The notes below the pieces were generated by a model that had not been told where the DNA came from, did not search any database, and saw only the letters and a list, made by a program, of their open reading frames with translations. Below are positions 1 to 9,349 of a stretch of DNA of 64,000 nucleotides, in pieces (position 1 is the stretch's first letter; every line of letters starts with the position of its first letter). The stretch spans positions 2,216 to 66,215 of the forward strand of contig JAWCKR010000006.1 in assembly GCA_038851755.1 (NCBI GenBank), written 5' to 3'. Position numbers and translations under genes: made by a program. This DNA comes from Candidatus Hadarchaeales archaeon (GTDB taxonomy: Archaea > Hadarchaeota > Hadarchaeia > Hadarchaeales > WYZ-LMO6).

Positions 1-1
1 T

Positions 2-544
2 GATCCGTACAGGCACCTCGCCATCCTGCCATATCCCACCAAATACGTCACCACTTGGAGACTGAAGGACGGAACGGAGGTGATTCTCAGGCCGATCAGG
101 CCGGAGGACGAAAAGATAGAGGAGGAGTTCATCAAGGGACTCTCGGAGGAGACCAGCAGGTTCAGGTTTTTCAGGATAATCCGGGATCTTTCGCACCAGG
201 ATTTGGTGCGTTTCTGCAATATAGATTACGATCGAGAAATAGCGATAATCGCCGAGATCAGAGAAGGGAGCAAAAAGAAAGAGATTGGCGTGGCGAGGCT
301 CATCACCGAGCCAGGGAAAAAGCGCGGTGAGTTCGCAATTGTCCTGGCGGATGAATATCAGAGTAAAGGTTTGGGTACCAAGCTGACGGACATGATCATC
401 GAGATAGCCCAGGAGAAGGGTCTTGAAAGCATATACGGCATTATCATGCGTGAGAATGAGAAGATGATTCGTCTGGCCCAGAAGATGGGGTTCGTCCTCA
501 AACCCTCTAAAGAGGGTTATATAGCGATTCTGAATTTGGTGTGA
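2..544 (+). CDS. C-terminal GNAT domain of an acetate-CoA ligase/GNAT (Pat-type) protein acetyltransferase, 5' truncated by the window
   Basis: Frame open from base 2: HLAILPYP..LKDGTEVILRPIRPEDE..RFCNIDYDREIA..YQSKGLG. Confidence 0.85.
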   Translation, partial: DPYRHLAILPYPTKYVTTWRLKDGTEVILRPIRPEDEKIEEEFIKGLSEETSRFRFFRIIRDLSHQDLVRFCNIDYDREIAIIAEIREGSKKKEIGVARLITEPGKKRGEFAIVLADEYQSKGLGTKLTDMIIEIAQEKGLESIYGIIMRENEKMIRLAQKMGFVLKPSKEGYIAILNLV

Positions 545-598
545 CTTCATTTTTCGGTGAGACTTAAGTTTAATACTCAGAGAAAAGGAAACACAAAT

Positions 599-1072
599 GT
601 GAAGGGTCCGGAAGCTAGGAGGAAAGTAGGTGAGCTGGCTTCCAGGTACGAGAGGGAGTTTCACGGGTGTTCGCAGGCGGTGGTACGTGCCTTCCAGGAA
701 ACGCTGGGATTTGGTGACTCAACCCTTTTCAGGGCTTCAGGTTCTCTGGTAGGGGGAATGTACTCGGGACTGACCTGCGGGGCTCTCACCGGAGGTTTGC
801 TGGTTCTCGGTCTCAGGATGGGGAGGGCTCGGATGGAGGAGGGAATAGAGGGGTTGCTGGCGTCCTTCGACCCTGCCCAGCGGCTGGTGAAATGGTTCCA
901 GGAGGAGTACGGTACCACCCTTTGCAGGGAACTCACGGAGACGGACTGGTTTGATGTCAACCAGGTGATGCTTTTCCTGAGATCTCCAGAGAAATTGGAG
1001 AGGTGCGTGGAGAGGGTGGGCAGGACTGCCGAGAAAGTGGCCGAACTCTTGGAAGAACTGGGGATGGGTTAA
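599..1072 (+). CDS. C_GCAxxG_C_C family putative redox protein
   Basis: HGCSQAV, TCGALTGG, TLCREL and ERC motifs; GTG start at 599 inferred. Confidence 0.8.
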   Translation: MKGPEARRKVGELASRYEREFHGCSQAVVRAFQETLGFGDSTLFRASGSLVGGMYSGLTCGALTGGLLVLGLRMGRARMEEGIEGLLASFDPAQRLVKWFQEEYGTTLCRELTETDWFDVNQVMLFLRSPEKLERCVERVGRTAEKVAELLEELGMG

Positions 1073-1164
1073 TTCCTTTCATGTTTTTGAGCAGGGCGTG
1101 AAAGAACAATGACCAACCATAAGGGCGAGTGGGATGGGATTCAACCGCTGCGTTATCGAGAGAG

Positions 1165-1251
1165 TGCGGGGGGAGAGATTTGAACTCTCGACGACCCTAA
1201 GGTCACAGGATCTTAAGTCCTGCCCCTTTGACCAGGCTCGGGCACCCCCGC
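1165..1251 (-). tRNA. tRNA-Leu(TAA)
   Basis: GCGGGGG acceptor stem, CAGGA-CT TAA GA-TCCTG anticodon arm, long variable arm, GTTCAAATC T-loop; CCA not encoded. Confidence 0.95.
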
Positions 1252-1293
1252 CTGCACTATGTGGTAAAGAAAAAAAATAAAGGTGAGGGAGCC

Positions 1294-2502
1294 TCACTCC
1301 CTCTTTATGATCACGGCCTCCCCTTGTCCACCGCCCACGCAGGGAGTGGCCAGACCGTAGGTCCCTCTCTTCTCCTGCAGGATCCTGGCCAGCGTGCCCA
1401 CCAGCCTGCATCCGCTGGCGCCGAGCGGGTGTCCTATGGCTATGGCTCCTCCCTTCACGTTGACCCTCTTCGGGTCTGGAATCTTCAGCTCGTAGATGGT
1501 GTTCAGGGGCACAATGGCGAAGGCTTCGTTGATTTCCCAGTAGTCGATGTCCTCCACCTTTAGTCCAGCCTTCTGGAGGGCCATCCTGCTCGCCGGCACG
1601 GGACCTCTGCCCATCACCCCAGGGTTCACCCCTCCCCACCCAAGGGACACGATGGAGGCCAGGGGCTTCAACCCGTACTCCTCAGCCTTCTTGCGGGACA
1701 TCAGCACCATGGCCGTGGCTCCGGCGTTGAGGGGTGAGGAGTTCCCCGCCGTAATCGCTCCTCCTTCCTTGAAGGCAGGTGGCAGCGAGGCTATCTTCTC
1801 CAGGGTGGTGTCTGGTCTTATGGAAAGGTCCCTGTCCACCTTCATCACCGTACCGTCCGCCTGGGGGGCCTCCACGGGCATGATTTCGCCCTTGAAGTAT
1901 CCCTCCTCCAGCGCCTTGGCGGCTTTCAGGTGGCTTTCCACCGACCACTTATCCATGTCTTCTTTGGTGATCACATCCTTCCTCATCTCCGCCAACTTCT
2001 CTGCCGTGAGTCCCATGTTCATGCCCGTGACCAGGTCGTACTTCTCATACCTGGGGTCGGTCATCAGATCCGGGCAGGGGTCCACGAACTCCAGCATGTA
2101 CTCCGCCTGCATGGGTACATGCGTCATGTGCTCGTACCCTCCCACCAGTACTATGTCGGAGAAGCCAGACATGATTTCCATTGCCCCCACCCTGATGGCC
2201 ACCATGGAGGAAGCGCACTGCTTCTCCACGAAGGTGGCCGGCACCGTTTCGGGCAATTCAGCCAGGAAAAGTTGGAACCTTCCCCCGTAGCTCCAGTTCT
2301 CTTTCACCGGCAGAGCGCAGCCTGAGATGACATCGTTGATTTCCTCAGGTTTTATTCCCGTCCTCTCCACCAGCTTCTTGTAGAGCATCCCCAGCACCAC
2401 GTCCATCCTCAGTCTGTTGAAGGCGTCCCTGTCAGGCTCCCTGGGCCTAGACCGGGAAAAGGGAGACCGCAGGTAGTCCACTATTACGGCTTCGTTTTTC
2501 AT
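1294..2502 (-). CDS. Acetyl-CoA C-acyltransferase (thiolase)
   Basis: QCASS, EINEAFA, GHPLGASG and CVGGGQG thiolase motifs. Confidence 0.95.
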   Translation of the reverse strand: MKNEAVIVDYLRSPFSRSRPREPDRDAFNRLRMDVVLGMLYKKLVERTGIKPEEINDVISGCALPVKENWSYGGRFQLFLAELPETVPATFVEKQCASSMVAIRVGAMEIMSGFSDIVLVGGYEHMTHVPMQAEYMLEFVDPCPDLMTDPRYEKYDLVTGMNMGLTAEKLAEMRKDVITKEDMDKWSVESHLKAAKALEEGYFKGEIMPVEAPQADGTVMKVDRDLSIRPDTTLEKIASLPPAFKEGGAITAGNSSPLNAGATAMVLMSRKKAEEYGLKPLASIVSLGWGGVNPGVMGRGPVPASRMALQKAGLKVEDIDYWEINEAFAIVPLNTIYELKIPDPKRVNVKGGAIAIGHPLGASGCRLVGTLARILQEKRGTYGLATPCVGGGQGEAVIIKRE

Positions 2503-2631
2503 TTTAGAACCGTTTTTTTCTTCTCTCTTCCCTTAAATAGCTAACTGAAAATTCTAACCCTCAGGCTTGGGGTGAGGAGGTGAGTGGGAGCGACTATGCC
2601 GATATATAAAGAAAAATCGTAATTTCAGTGC

Positions 2632-3216
2632 ATGAAGAGAACGATGGAGAACCTGGCGAAGGCCTTCGTGGGGGAAAGTCAGGCGAGGAACAGGTACACT
2701 TTCTATTCCAAGGTGGCCAAGAAAGAGGGGTTCGAGCAAATCGCGGAGATCTTCCTCATCACGGCGGAGAACGAGAGGGAGCACGCGACCTGGCTCTTCA
2801 GGCTGATCAACGAGCTGGGAAAGAAGACCGGAAGTCTGCCGCAGGAGATGAGGGTGGAGGCAGCCGTACCCACCACCTTGGGCACGACCGCGGAGAACCT
2901 CCGGGCGGCCATAGCCGGGGAGAACTACGAGTGGACCAGCATGTATCCGGAGTTCGCCAAAGTGGCGGAGGAGGAGGGCCTGCCGGAGGTGGCGTCCAGG
3001 CTCAGGGCCATAGCGGTGGCGGAGAAGCACCACGAGGAGAGGTACTCCAAGCTCCTGCGCGAGGTGGAAAAAGGAACGGTGTTCAAGAAGGAGAAAGAGG
3101 TCTGGTGGGTATGCAGGGAGTGCGGTTACGTACACTTCGGGAAAGAACCGCCCGAGAGGTGCCCCTCCTGTGACCACGAGAGGAGCTTCTACCAGCTGAA
3201 GTGCGAGGAGTACTGA
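2632..3216 (+). CDS. rbr: Rubrerythrin
   Basis: GESQARNRY, ExEHA and EKHHEERY di-iron motifs; C-terminal CRECG..CPSC rubredoxin domain. Confidence 0.95.
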   Translation: MKRTMENLAKAFVGESQARNRYTFYSKVAKKEGFEQIAEIFLITAENEREHATWLFRLINELGKKTGSLPQEMRVEAAVPTTLGTTAENLRAAIAGENYEWTSMYPEFAKVAEEEGLPEVASRLRAIAVAEKHHEERYSKLLREVEKGTVFKKEKEVWWVCRECGYVHFGKEPPERCPSCDHERSFYQLKCEEY

Positions 3217-3237
3217 CGCCGTGTCCTGCTGGCAATC

Positions 3238-4644
3238 CTACCTGTGGGCCTTCCGGTATACCGCCCTGTACTTCCCCCTCTTCTTCCTTTTTTTCTCCAG
3301 TTCTTCCTCCAGCTCCAGCAGCTCCTCGTAAGGCTCTTCTTTGAAGTCACCCTCCTCGAAAAGTCTGGAAGCGGTTTCCTCCGCCATCTTCACCACTTTT
3401 TCCTCGTCCAGGGTTAAAAGCTTGCGCCTTCTCATGAGGACTCTCCCGTCCACGATTACGGTGTCTACCAGCTCCCCGGTGGAGGCGTAGACCAGATGGG
3501 AGAGCACCTGGTGAAGGGGGGTGAACCTGAGGCTCCGCAGGTCGATCAGGATGAGGTCCGCCTTTTTACCCTCCTCTATGGATCCCACCTCCCCCTCCAT
3601 ACCCAGGGCCCTGGCCCCGTGGAGGGTGGCCATCTCCAGCACGGTCTGTGCGGGCAGGAGGGTGGGGTTCCTTCCCCAGCCCTTGTGGATCAGAGCCGCG
3701 AGCTTCATCTCCTGGAACATGTCCAGGCTGTTGTTGGAGGCCGCCCCGTCCGTCCCCAGCGCCACCGGTATCCCCCTCCCCAGCATGGCGGGCACCGGAG
3801 AAATCCCGGAGGCGAGCTTCAGGTTGCTGGCAGGGTTATGGACGGGCTTCACCCCGCTCCTGGCCATGAGCTCCATCTCTCCCTCGTCCACCCACACGCA
3901 GTGGGCCGCGAGCAGCCTGGGCCCCAGCAGGCCTATGGAGTGGAGGAGTTCCACTGGACTCTTCCCGTACCTTTCCTTCACCTCCCTCACCTCCCTCTCG
4001 GTCTCCGAGAGGTGGATGTGTATCCCCACCCCGTACCTCTCTGCCCTTTCCCTGACCTTCTGGAGGCACTCGGGGGAGCAGGTGTAGGGGGCGTGGGGAC
4101 CGAACATGGTCTGGACCCTTCCATCGAAGGAGCCGTGGTGCTCCCTCACCAGCCTCTCCCCCTTCCTCAGCTCCTCCTCGCACCTGCCGGGTACGCCCAG
4201 CTCTATCATCCCGTAGGAGAGGGAAGCCCTGAGCCCGCTCCTCCCCACCGCCTCCGCCACCTTCTCCATGAAGAAGTACATGTCGGCGAAGCAGGTGGTC
4301 CCGGACTTGATCATCTCCGCGCAGGCCAGCAGGGCCCCCACGTAGCAGTCCTCGGCCTTCAGCCTGGCCTCCACGGGCCAGATCTTCTCCCTCAGCCAGG
4401 GTTCAAGCTCCATGTCGTCGGCGGCCCCCCTGAAGAGGGTCATGGGGGAGTGGGTGTGGGCGTTGATCAGCCCCGGCAGGACCGCCATTCCCCTGGCTTC
4501 TATCACCCGGTCGGCTCCCCCCTTTATTTCCTCCCCCACCCCGGCCACCCGGCTGCCCTCCACCAGCACTGACCCCCTTTTCAGAACCCTCCTCCTGGGG
4601 TCCATGGTCACGAGGTAGCCGTCCTTTATCAACAGCTTTTCCAT
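3238..4644 (-). CDS. mtaD: Amidohydrolase, 5-methylthioadenosine/S-adenosylhomocysteine deaminase family
   Basis: PGLINAHTH, HAPYTC, HIHLSET, HNPASNLKL and GTDGAASNN motifs. Confidence 0.85.
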   Translation of the reverse strand: MEKLLIKDGYLVTMDPRRRVLKRGSVLVEGSRVAGVGEEIKGGADRVIEARGMAVLPGLINAHTHSPMTLFRGAADDMELEPWLREKIWPVEARLKAEDCYVGALLACAEMIKSGTTCFADMYFFMEKVAEAVGRSGLRASLSYGMIELGVPGRCEEELRKGERLVREHHGSFDGRVQTMFGPHAPYTCSPECLQKVRERAERYGVGIHIHLSETEREVREVKERYGKSPVELLHSIGLLGPRLLAAHCVWVDEGEMELMARSGVKPVHNPASNLKLASGISPVPAMLGRGIPVALGTDGAASNNSLDMFQEMKLAALIHKGWGRNPTLLPAQTVLEMATLHGARALGMEGEVGSIEEGKKADLILIDLRSLRFTPLHQVLSHLVYASTGELVDTVIVDGRVLMRRRKLLTLDEEKVVKMAEETASRLFEEGDFKEEPYEELLELEEELEKKRKKRGKYRAVYRKAHR

Positions 4645-4659
4645 TCTCCTCCCTCAGGT

Positions 4660-4765
4660 TGGTGCCCCGGGCGGGATTTGAACCCGCGTCTGTGGCTCGA
4701 TTGGCCTGGACGACTCCTCGCCGTCCATGAGGCCACTATGATTGGCCGGGCTACACCACCGGGGC
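4660..4765 (-). tRNA. tRNA-Glu(CTC) with a 28-nt intron (4701-4728) inside the anticodon
   Basis: GCCCCGG..CCGGGGC-ACCA with a Glu-type D-arm; removing 4701-4728 at the BHB-like sites gives GTGGC-CT CTC GA-GCCAC. Confidence 0.9.
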
Positions 4766-4810
4766 ACCCACAATACTCTCCTCCCCCTTTTTTCTCCTTT
4801 CCGGAGCTTG

Positions 4811-4871
4811 GGGCTCAGGAGCTTGGGGTTCCCTCATCGTCTCCTCCGAACCCTTTCTCTCATCATCGCCC
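4811..4871 (-). ncRNA. Box C/D-like (K-turn) small RNA
   Basis: GGGC-gATGATGA (C)..CGGA (D')..ACGATGA (C')..CTGA (D)-GCCC, with a terminal stem. Confidence 0.65.
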
Positions 4872-4911
4872 TTCACGGTTTCTTCGGGGAGGTCTTAAGG
4901 GAAGCTGAGGG

Positions 4912-4989
4912 TGGCGGGCCCGGTGGGATTCGAACCCACGATTTGCAGCTTAGAAGGCTGCCGCCTTATCCTGGCTTGGCCACGGGCCC
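4912..4989 (-). tRNA. tRNA-Arg(TCT)
   Basis: GGGCCCG acceptor stem, GCAGC-CT TCT AA-GCTGC, GTTCGAATC T-loop, encoded CCA. Confidence 0.95.
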
Positions 4990-5050
4990 CTTTCCTCCTG
5001 GGTTCGGCTGGATTAAACTTTTAGAGGGGGAGGGGAAGAAACAAGGTGGG

Positions 5051-6517
5051 ATGTCTTCTCCCGCCGAGAGGGAAAGGAGAGAGGACTTCATCGTGAATTC
5101 GGTGCAGAGGTGGCTGGGGAACCCCCTCACCCGCCTCCTCCTCAGGTTCGTTACGGGTGAGAGGAAGGGGGGAGGGAGCAGGTTGGACCTGGCCATCAGG
5201 AGGTATGTGGGGGAAGAGGTGGAGGGTGAGGCCAGGGACCTCCTCTCCTTCCTGCTGGTGGGGGTAGTGCTCGACAGGGGCACCCACCTCTTCGGGTACC
5301 CCAGGGAGAAGCTGAAGGAACTGCTGAGGGAGCCCGTGATGAGGAGGGGGATGGTCAATGTTCTGGAGGGAATAGCCAGGTACGGGGTGAGGAGGCCCTT
5401 CGTCACCGCCGCCCCCTTTCTGGTGGTCTGGAACTATACCAATGCCTGCAACCTGAGGTGCCTTCACTGCTATCAAAACGCGGGAGCGGCCGGGGGAAGC
5501 GAACTCACGACCGAGGAGGCCAAGGGAGTGATCGATGAGTTCTTGGACTCAGGGGTGGTAGCCGTGGCTTTCTCCGGAGGGGAACCCCTGCTCAGGAAGG
5601 ACCTGCTGGAGGTCGCCGCCCGCGGCAAGGAGGGTGGGCTCTTCCTGTCCGTGGCCACGAACGGTACCCTCCTCACGAAGGAAAAATGCAGGGAGATGAG
5701 GGGGGTCCTGGACTACGTGGAGGTCTCGCTGGATGGTTTCGAGCAGACGCACGACCGTTTCAGGGGGATACCGGGGATGTGGAAGAGGACCTGCGAGGGG
5801 ATAAGGAATGCGGTGGAGGAGGGTCTGGACACCTGCGTGGCCATCACCGCTACCCGCTGGAACCTCAAGGAGATTCCCTCCCTCATAGACTTCGTCAGGG
5901 AGGAGCTGGGGGTCCAGAGGGTGATGGTCTTCAACTACGTGCCCGTGGGGAGGGGGAAGGAGATAGTGGAGGAGGACCTCACCCCGGAGGAGCGTTGGGA
6001 GCTCCTGCGCCATCTTTACGGGAGGATGGTGAGGACGGGCTTTTTCTGCCTGAGCACCGCCCCACAGCTCTCCGTGGTCTCCCTCCAGATGGTGGAAGGG
6101 GGGGAGGGGAGAATGGGTCCCGTTCCCACCCACTTCGCCAGCGAGGAGACCCTGAGGGCCCTGAGGGGCAGGACCAGGGGGCTCGCCGATTTCCTGGGAG
6201 GGTGTGGGGCCGGGAGGTTGTACTGTGGACTGCAGCCCGACGGGGAGGTGGTGCCCTGCGTGTTCATGCCCATCCCCCTGGGGAACCTGAAGGAGAGGAG
6301 GCTGAAGGAGATCTGGGGGGATTCGGAGGTCCTCTGGAGGCTCAGGGACAGGGATTCGCTGGAGGGTTGTGGTTCCTGCGGGTACAGGTACGTGTGCGGG
6401 GGGTGCAGGGCCAGGGCCTACGGGTACTTCGGGGACGTGCAGGGGGCGGACCCGGGCTGTCCCTACAATAGGGAGTACTGGGAGGGGCTGAGGGCCTCCG
6501 CCGGGGCTCAGGTCTGA
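5051..6517 (+). CDS. Radical SAM/SPASM domain protein (PqqE-like archaeal family with N-terminal extension)
   Basis: CNLRCLHC, FSGGEP and SPASM cysteines (CGAG, PC, CGSC..CGGCRARA..DPGC); ATG 5051 chosen because the longer ORF overlaps tRNAs. Confidence 0.85.
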   Translation: MSSPAERERREDFIVNSVQRWLGNPLTRLLLRFVTGERKGGGSRLDLAIRRYVGEEVEGEARDLLSFLLVGVVLDRGTHLFGYPREKLKELLREPVMRRGMVNVLEGIARYGVRRPFVTAAPFLVVWNYTNACNLRCLHCYQNAGAAGGSELTTEEAKGVIDEFLDSGVVAVAFSGGEPLLRKDLLEVAARGKEGGLFLSVATNGTLLTKEKCREMRGVLDYVEVSLDGFEQTHDRFRGIPGMWKRTCEGIRNAVEEGLDTCVAITATRWNLKEIPSLIDFVREELGVQRVMVFNYVPVGRGKEIVEEDLTPEERWELLRHLYGRMVRTGFFCLSTAPQLSVVSLQMVEGGEGRMGPVPTHFASEETLRALRGRTRGLADFLGGCGAGRLYCGLQPDGEVVPCVFMPIPLGNLKERRLKEIWGDSEVLWRLRDRDSLEGCGSCGYRYVCGGCRARAYGYFGDVQGADPGCPYNREYWEGLRASAGAQV

Positions 6518-7677
6518 AGGAGTTCCGAGAAGCTCCCTATCCTCCTCAGGATAGGGGAGGGCTCGTACCACCTGCCCCTGGGCCTGAGCTCCTCCAGCTT
6601 CTTAACCACCCTCTCCACCCCGAACTCCCCCGCCAGGCAGAAGAGGCCAGGAGGAACGAAGGAGAGGCTGGAGACCCTCTCCACCTGGTTGGCGTCGGTT
6701 ATTCCCCCCTCGATCATCCCGCAGGCCTCGTTGACCATGGGCGCCAGCAGACGCAGGGGATCGAAGTCCTTCCAGTCTTTCCTTTTGATTTCCGGGGGTC
6801 CATGGGAGTAGTCGTAGAAACCCTTCCCGGTTTTCTGCCCTAGGTACCCTTGCTCCACCATCATTTTCAGTGCCTCCGGGGGAGCGTAGTCCTCCCCCAA
6901 CGCCCCCCTCAGGTACTCTAGGATGTAGAGGGCCACGTCCAGCCCTATCACGTCGATGAGCTGGAAGATCCCCAGTGGCATTCCCAGGCCGTAGATGGCC
7001 GAGGCGTCTATCTCGTATGGGTCCGCTTCCTCCAGGGTGGAGGAGACCTCCAGGCCAGCCCTGACCAGGAGCCTGTTGGCCACGAAAGCCGGCGTGTCCT
7101 TCACCACCTCAGGCACCTTCCCTATCCTCCTCATCACCTCCACCGCCAGCTCCAGCGCCTCCTCCGCCACGTACTCCGTCCTGACCACCTCCACGAGGGG
7201 GAGGAGGATGGAGAAGTGTGGGGGCATGAAGCCGTCCACCCTCTGGGGGGCGTGGACGAAGTGGGTACCCACCACCCTTTCGGGCCTAGAGGTAGCCTTT
7301 GCCAGCCTGGAAACGCTTATGGAGGAGGTGTTGGTGGAGAGCACGACCCCGGCGGGCAGGACCTCGTCCATCTTCCTGAAGAGTTCCTCCTTAAGGTCCA
7401 CCTTCTCCGTGGCGGCTTCGAGTGCGAAGTCGGCCTCCCGCAGTGCCTCCTTCAGGTCCACCGTGGGACGGATCCTCCGCACAACCTCCTCTACCCCCTC
7501 CTTCAGCTCGCCTTCCATCATCCTCAGGCTCTTCTCGATCTTCCTCAGGGCCTCCCGGAGTACTTCCCTGCTCACATCCACCAGGTTCACCTCGTACCCG
7601 TGCATGGCGAAGAGCTCCGCTATCCCGTGCCCCATGGACCCAGCCCCCACCACCGCCACCTTCCGGACCTCCCTCAT
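6508..7677 (-). CDS. 3-hydroxyacyl-CoA dehydrogenase
   Basis: VVGAGSMGHGIA, STNTSSIS, GTHF and LGQKTGKGFY motifs; start at MREVRK. Confidence 0.9.
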   Translation of the reverse strand: MREVRKVAVVGAGSMGHGIAELFAMHGYEVNLVDVSREVLREALRKIEKSLRMMEGELKEGVEEVVRRIRPTVDLKEALREADFALEAATEKVDLKEELFRKMDEVLPAGVVLSTNTSSISVSRLAKATSRPERVVGTHFVHAPQRVDGFMPPHFSILLPLVEVVRTEYVAEEALELAVEVMRRIGKVPEVVKDTPAFVANRLLVRAGLEVSSTLEEADPYEIDASAIYGLGMPLGIFQLIDVIGLDVALYILEYLRGALGEDYAPPEALKMMVEQGYLGQKTGKGFYDYSHGPPEIKRKDWKDFDPLRLLAPMVNEACGMIEGGITDANQVERVSSLSFVPPGLFCLAGEFGVERVVKKLEELRPRGRWYEPSPILRRIGSFSELLQT

Positions 7678-8417
7678 CCCTCGCCCTCCGGCAGCCTCTT
7701 CCCCTCCAGGGAGGGTTCGTGGCCGGGATAAACCAGCTCCTTGCGGGAGGCCACCCTCAGGGCCTTGTGGACGCTCCAGAACCAGTCCCTCAGGTCCACG
7801 ATGATGGCGGGAGGATAGAAGGGCGTGTGGGGGAAGGGGGAGTGGAGGTTCAGGTAGGTGTAGAGGAGGTCGGAGGCCAGCACCGCCGTTCCCGCCTTCG
7901 TGCGGAGGGCCAGTCCCTGCATTCCCTCCGTGTGCCCTGGCAGGTGGAGGAGCTTCAGTCCCTCCTCCAGCTCGTGGTCCCCCTCCACCAGCACCAGGTC
8001 CATCCCCTCCAGGGGCTCCAGAAGCCCACGGTCGTAGAAGGGGCGGAGGGGAGGGAGGGGGGAGAGGGCCACCTCCCACTCCCTCCTCTGGACGTAAATC
8101 CTCGCGTTCTCGAAGAGCCTGACGCAGGCCGTATGGTCGAAGTGGAGGTGGGTGAGCACCAGCACCTCCACCTCTCCGGGGGAGAGCCCCACTCCCTCGA
8201 GGGCCTTCCTCAGCCCCTCCTCCCCTCCCCCCCTTACCTCGAAGTCCCCCCTTCCCCTCGCCTCCACCCCGGCGTCCACCAAGATCTTCCTCCTCCCTCC
8301 CTCCACACACCAGACGTAGACGGGGGCGGTCACCTGCTGGGTCATGTCCCCCATGAGCATACCTATCCCCATGGGAGCCGCAATCTCTGCCTGTTTGAGG
8401 GGGATCAGGTGGTACAC
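7674..8417 (-). CDS. Metallo-beta-lactamase fold lactonase (N-acyl-homoserine lactonase family)
   Basis: THLHFDH, PGHT, ASD and PGH motifs. Confidence 0.8.
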   Translation of the reverse strand: MYHLIPLKQAEIAAPMGIGMLMGDMTQQVTAPVYVWCVEGGRRKILVDAGVEARGRGDFEVRGGGEEGLRKALEGVGLSPGEVEVLVLTHLHFDHTACVRLFENARIYVQRREWEVALSPLPPLRPFYDRGLLEPLEGMDLVLVEGDHELEEGLKLLHLPGHTEGMQGLALRTKAGTAVLASDLLYTYLNLHSPFPHTPFYPPAIIVDLRDWFWSVHKALRVASRKELVYPGHEPSLEGKRLPEGEG

Positions 8418-8421
8418 CTCC

Positions 8422-9183
8422 TCACCTCAGCTCGAACCTGTGGAGGATTTTCTTCTCCGTCTCGGAGATTTCGGCCACCACCTCGACGTAGTCCTGTAGC
8501 CCGGATTTCCTTATCCTCTCCCTCAGCAGCCGGTCCACCTGAAAAATGCCCGCGGAGTTGGACATCTTTATCCTTATGGTCACGGGCTTTTTCTCCCCCT
8601 TCAGCACCTCCACGTTTTCTATGGCCAGGGCGGAAACCGAGTGGATGTCCACCTTGCCGGCGTCGAAGGGTATCCTGGCCCTCCCCTTCTCCATGTCTAG
8701 GGCGTCGGCTATGCACAGGATCCCGGCTTCCTTGGTCAGGCAGACCCCGGAGTAGTGGGAGGTGATGGCGTGGAGGACCTCCGAGAGGATGATGGCCCTC
8801 TCCTCCGGCGGGTAGTCGTGAAGGAGCTTGTGGAGGAAGTGGTGGGCCAGCACCACGCTGTACTTCTCGTGTTCCTCCCTCTGGACCACCATCCCAAGGT
8901 CGTGCAGCACGGCCGCCAGAAAGACCACGATCTCGGAGTACTCCTGGGGGAGGTGGTGGTCCCTCACCACCCCTGGTCCTTCCACCCCCTCCAGCAGGTG
9001 GGAGAGACGCAGGGCGGCGTTGGCCACGATCTTCACGTGCACCGGTCCGTGGTCGGTGAAGCCCAATCGGTCTATGGCCATGACGTTGGAGCACTTCCAG
9101 AGCTCCTCCAGTTCTGCGTCGCCCTCCACCCTCTGGATGAGCTTCTTGAGCTTTTCGTTCTCGGTGGGGATGTTCAGTTTCAT
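8422..9183 (-). CDS. HD-superfamily phosphohydrolase
   Basis: DHGPVH, LHDLG and ADALDM motifs. Confidence 0.85.
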   Translation of the reverse strand: MKLNIPTENEKLKKLIQRVEGDAELEELWKCSNVMAIDRLGFTDHGPVHVKIVANAALRLSHLLEGVEGPGVVRDHHLPQEYSEIVVFLAAVLHDLGMVVQREEHEKYSVVLAHHFLHKLLHDYPPEERAIILSEVLHAITSHYSGVCLTKEAGILCIADALDMEKGRARIPFDAGKVDIHSVSALAIENVEVLKGEKKPVTIRIKMSNSAGIFQVDRLLRERIRKSGLQDYVEVVAEISETEKKILHRFELR

Positions 9184-9307
9184 TCTTCTCTAGGTTTGGG
9201 GTGGGTGAGTATTAATCTCACCCTCCCCCCCTTCCCGTGTTTCGTCATTTCCTCTGTGTTACGAAATTGTTAATCCGTGTAGCATTTTTTCACCACTTCT
9301 ACCCCCC

Positions 9308-9317
9308 TTTTATATAA
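9308..9317 (+). promoter_or_regulatory. TATA box of the 9350-11766 operon
   Basis: TTTTATATAA about 35 nt upstream of the GTG at 9350. Confidence 0.5.
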
Positions 9318-9349
9318 GGCATCCTGAAAAGGGAAAAAGCGGGGGAGAA

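Noticed and set aside
4660-4765. Reading this tRNA as Met/Ile2(CAT) with a canonical 37/38 intron
   Set aside because: A canonical BHB needs TGAG near the intron 3' end to pair with CTCA, and it is absent. The tRNA body is Glu-type and the GGCC/GGCC motif gives CTC.
4742-5050. N-terminal extension of the radical SAM ORF in the track
   Set aside because: It runs antisense over two tRNAs and the sRNA; the ATG at 5051 with an RBS is more plausible.
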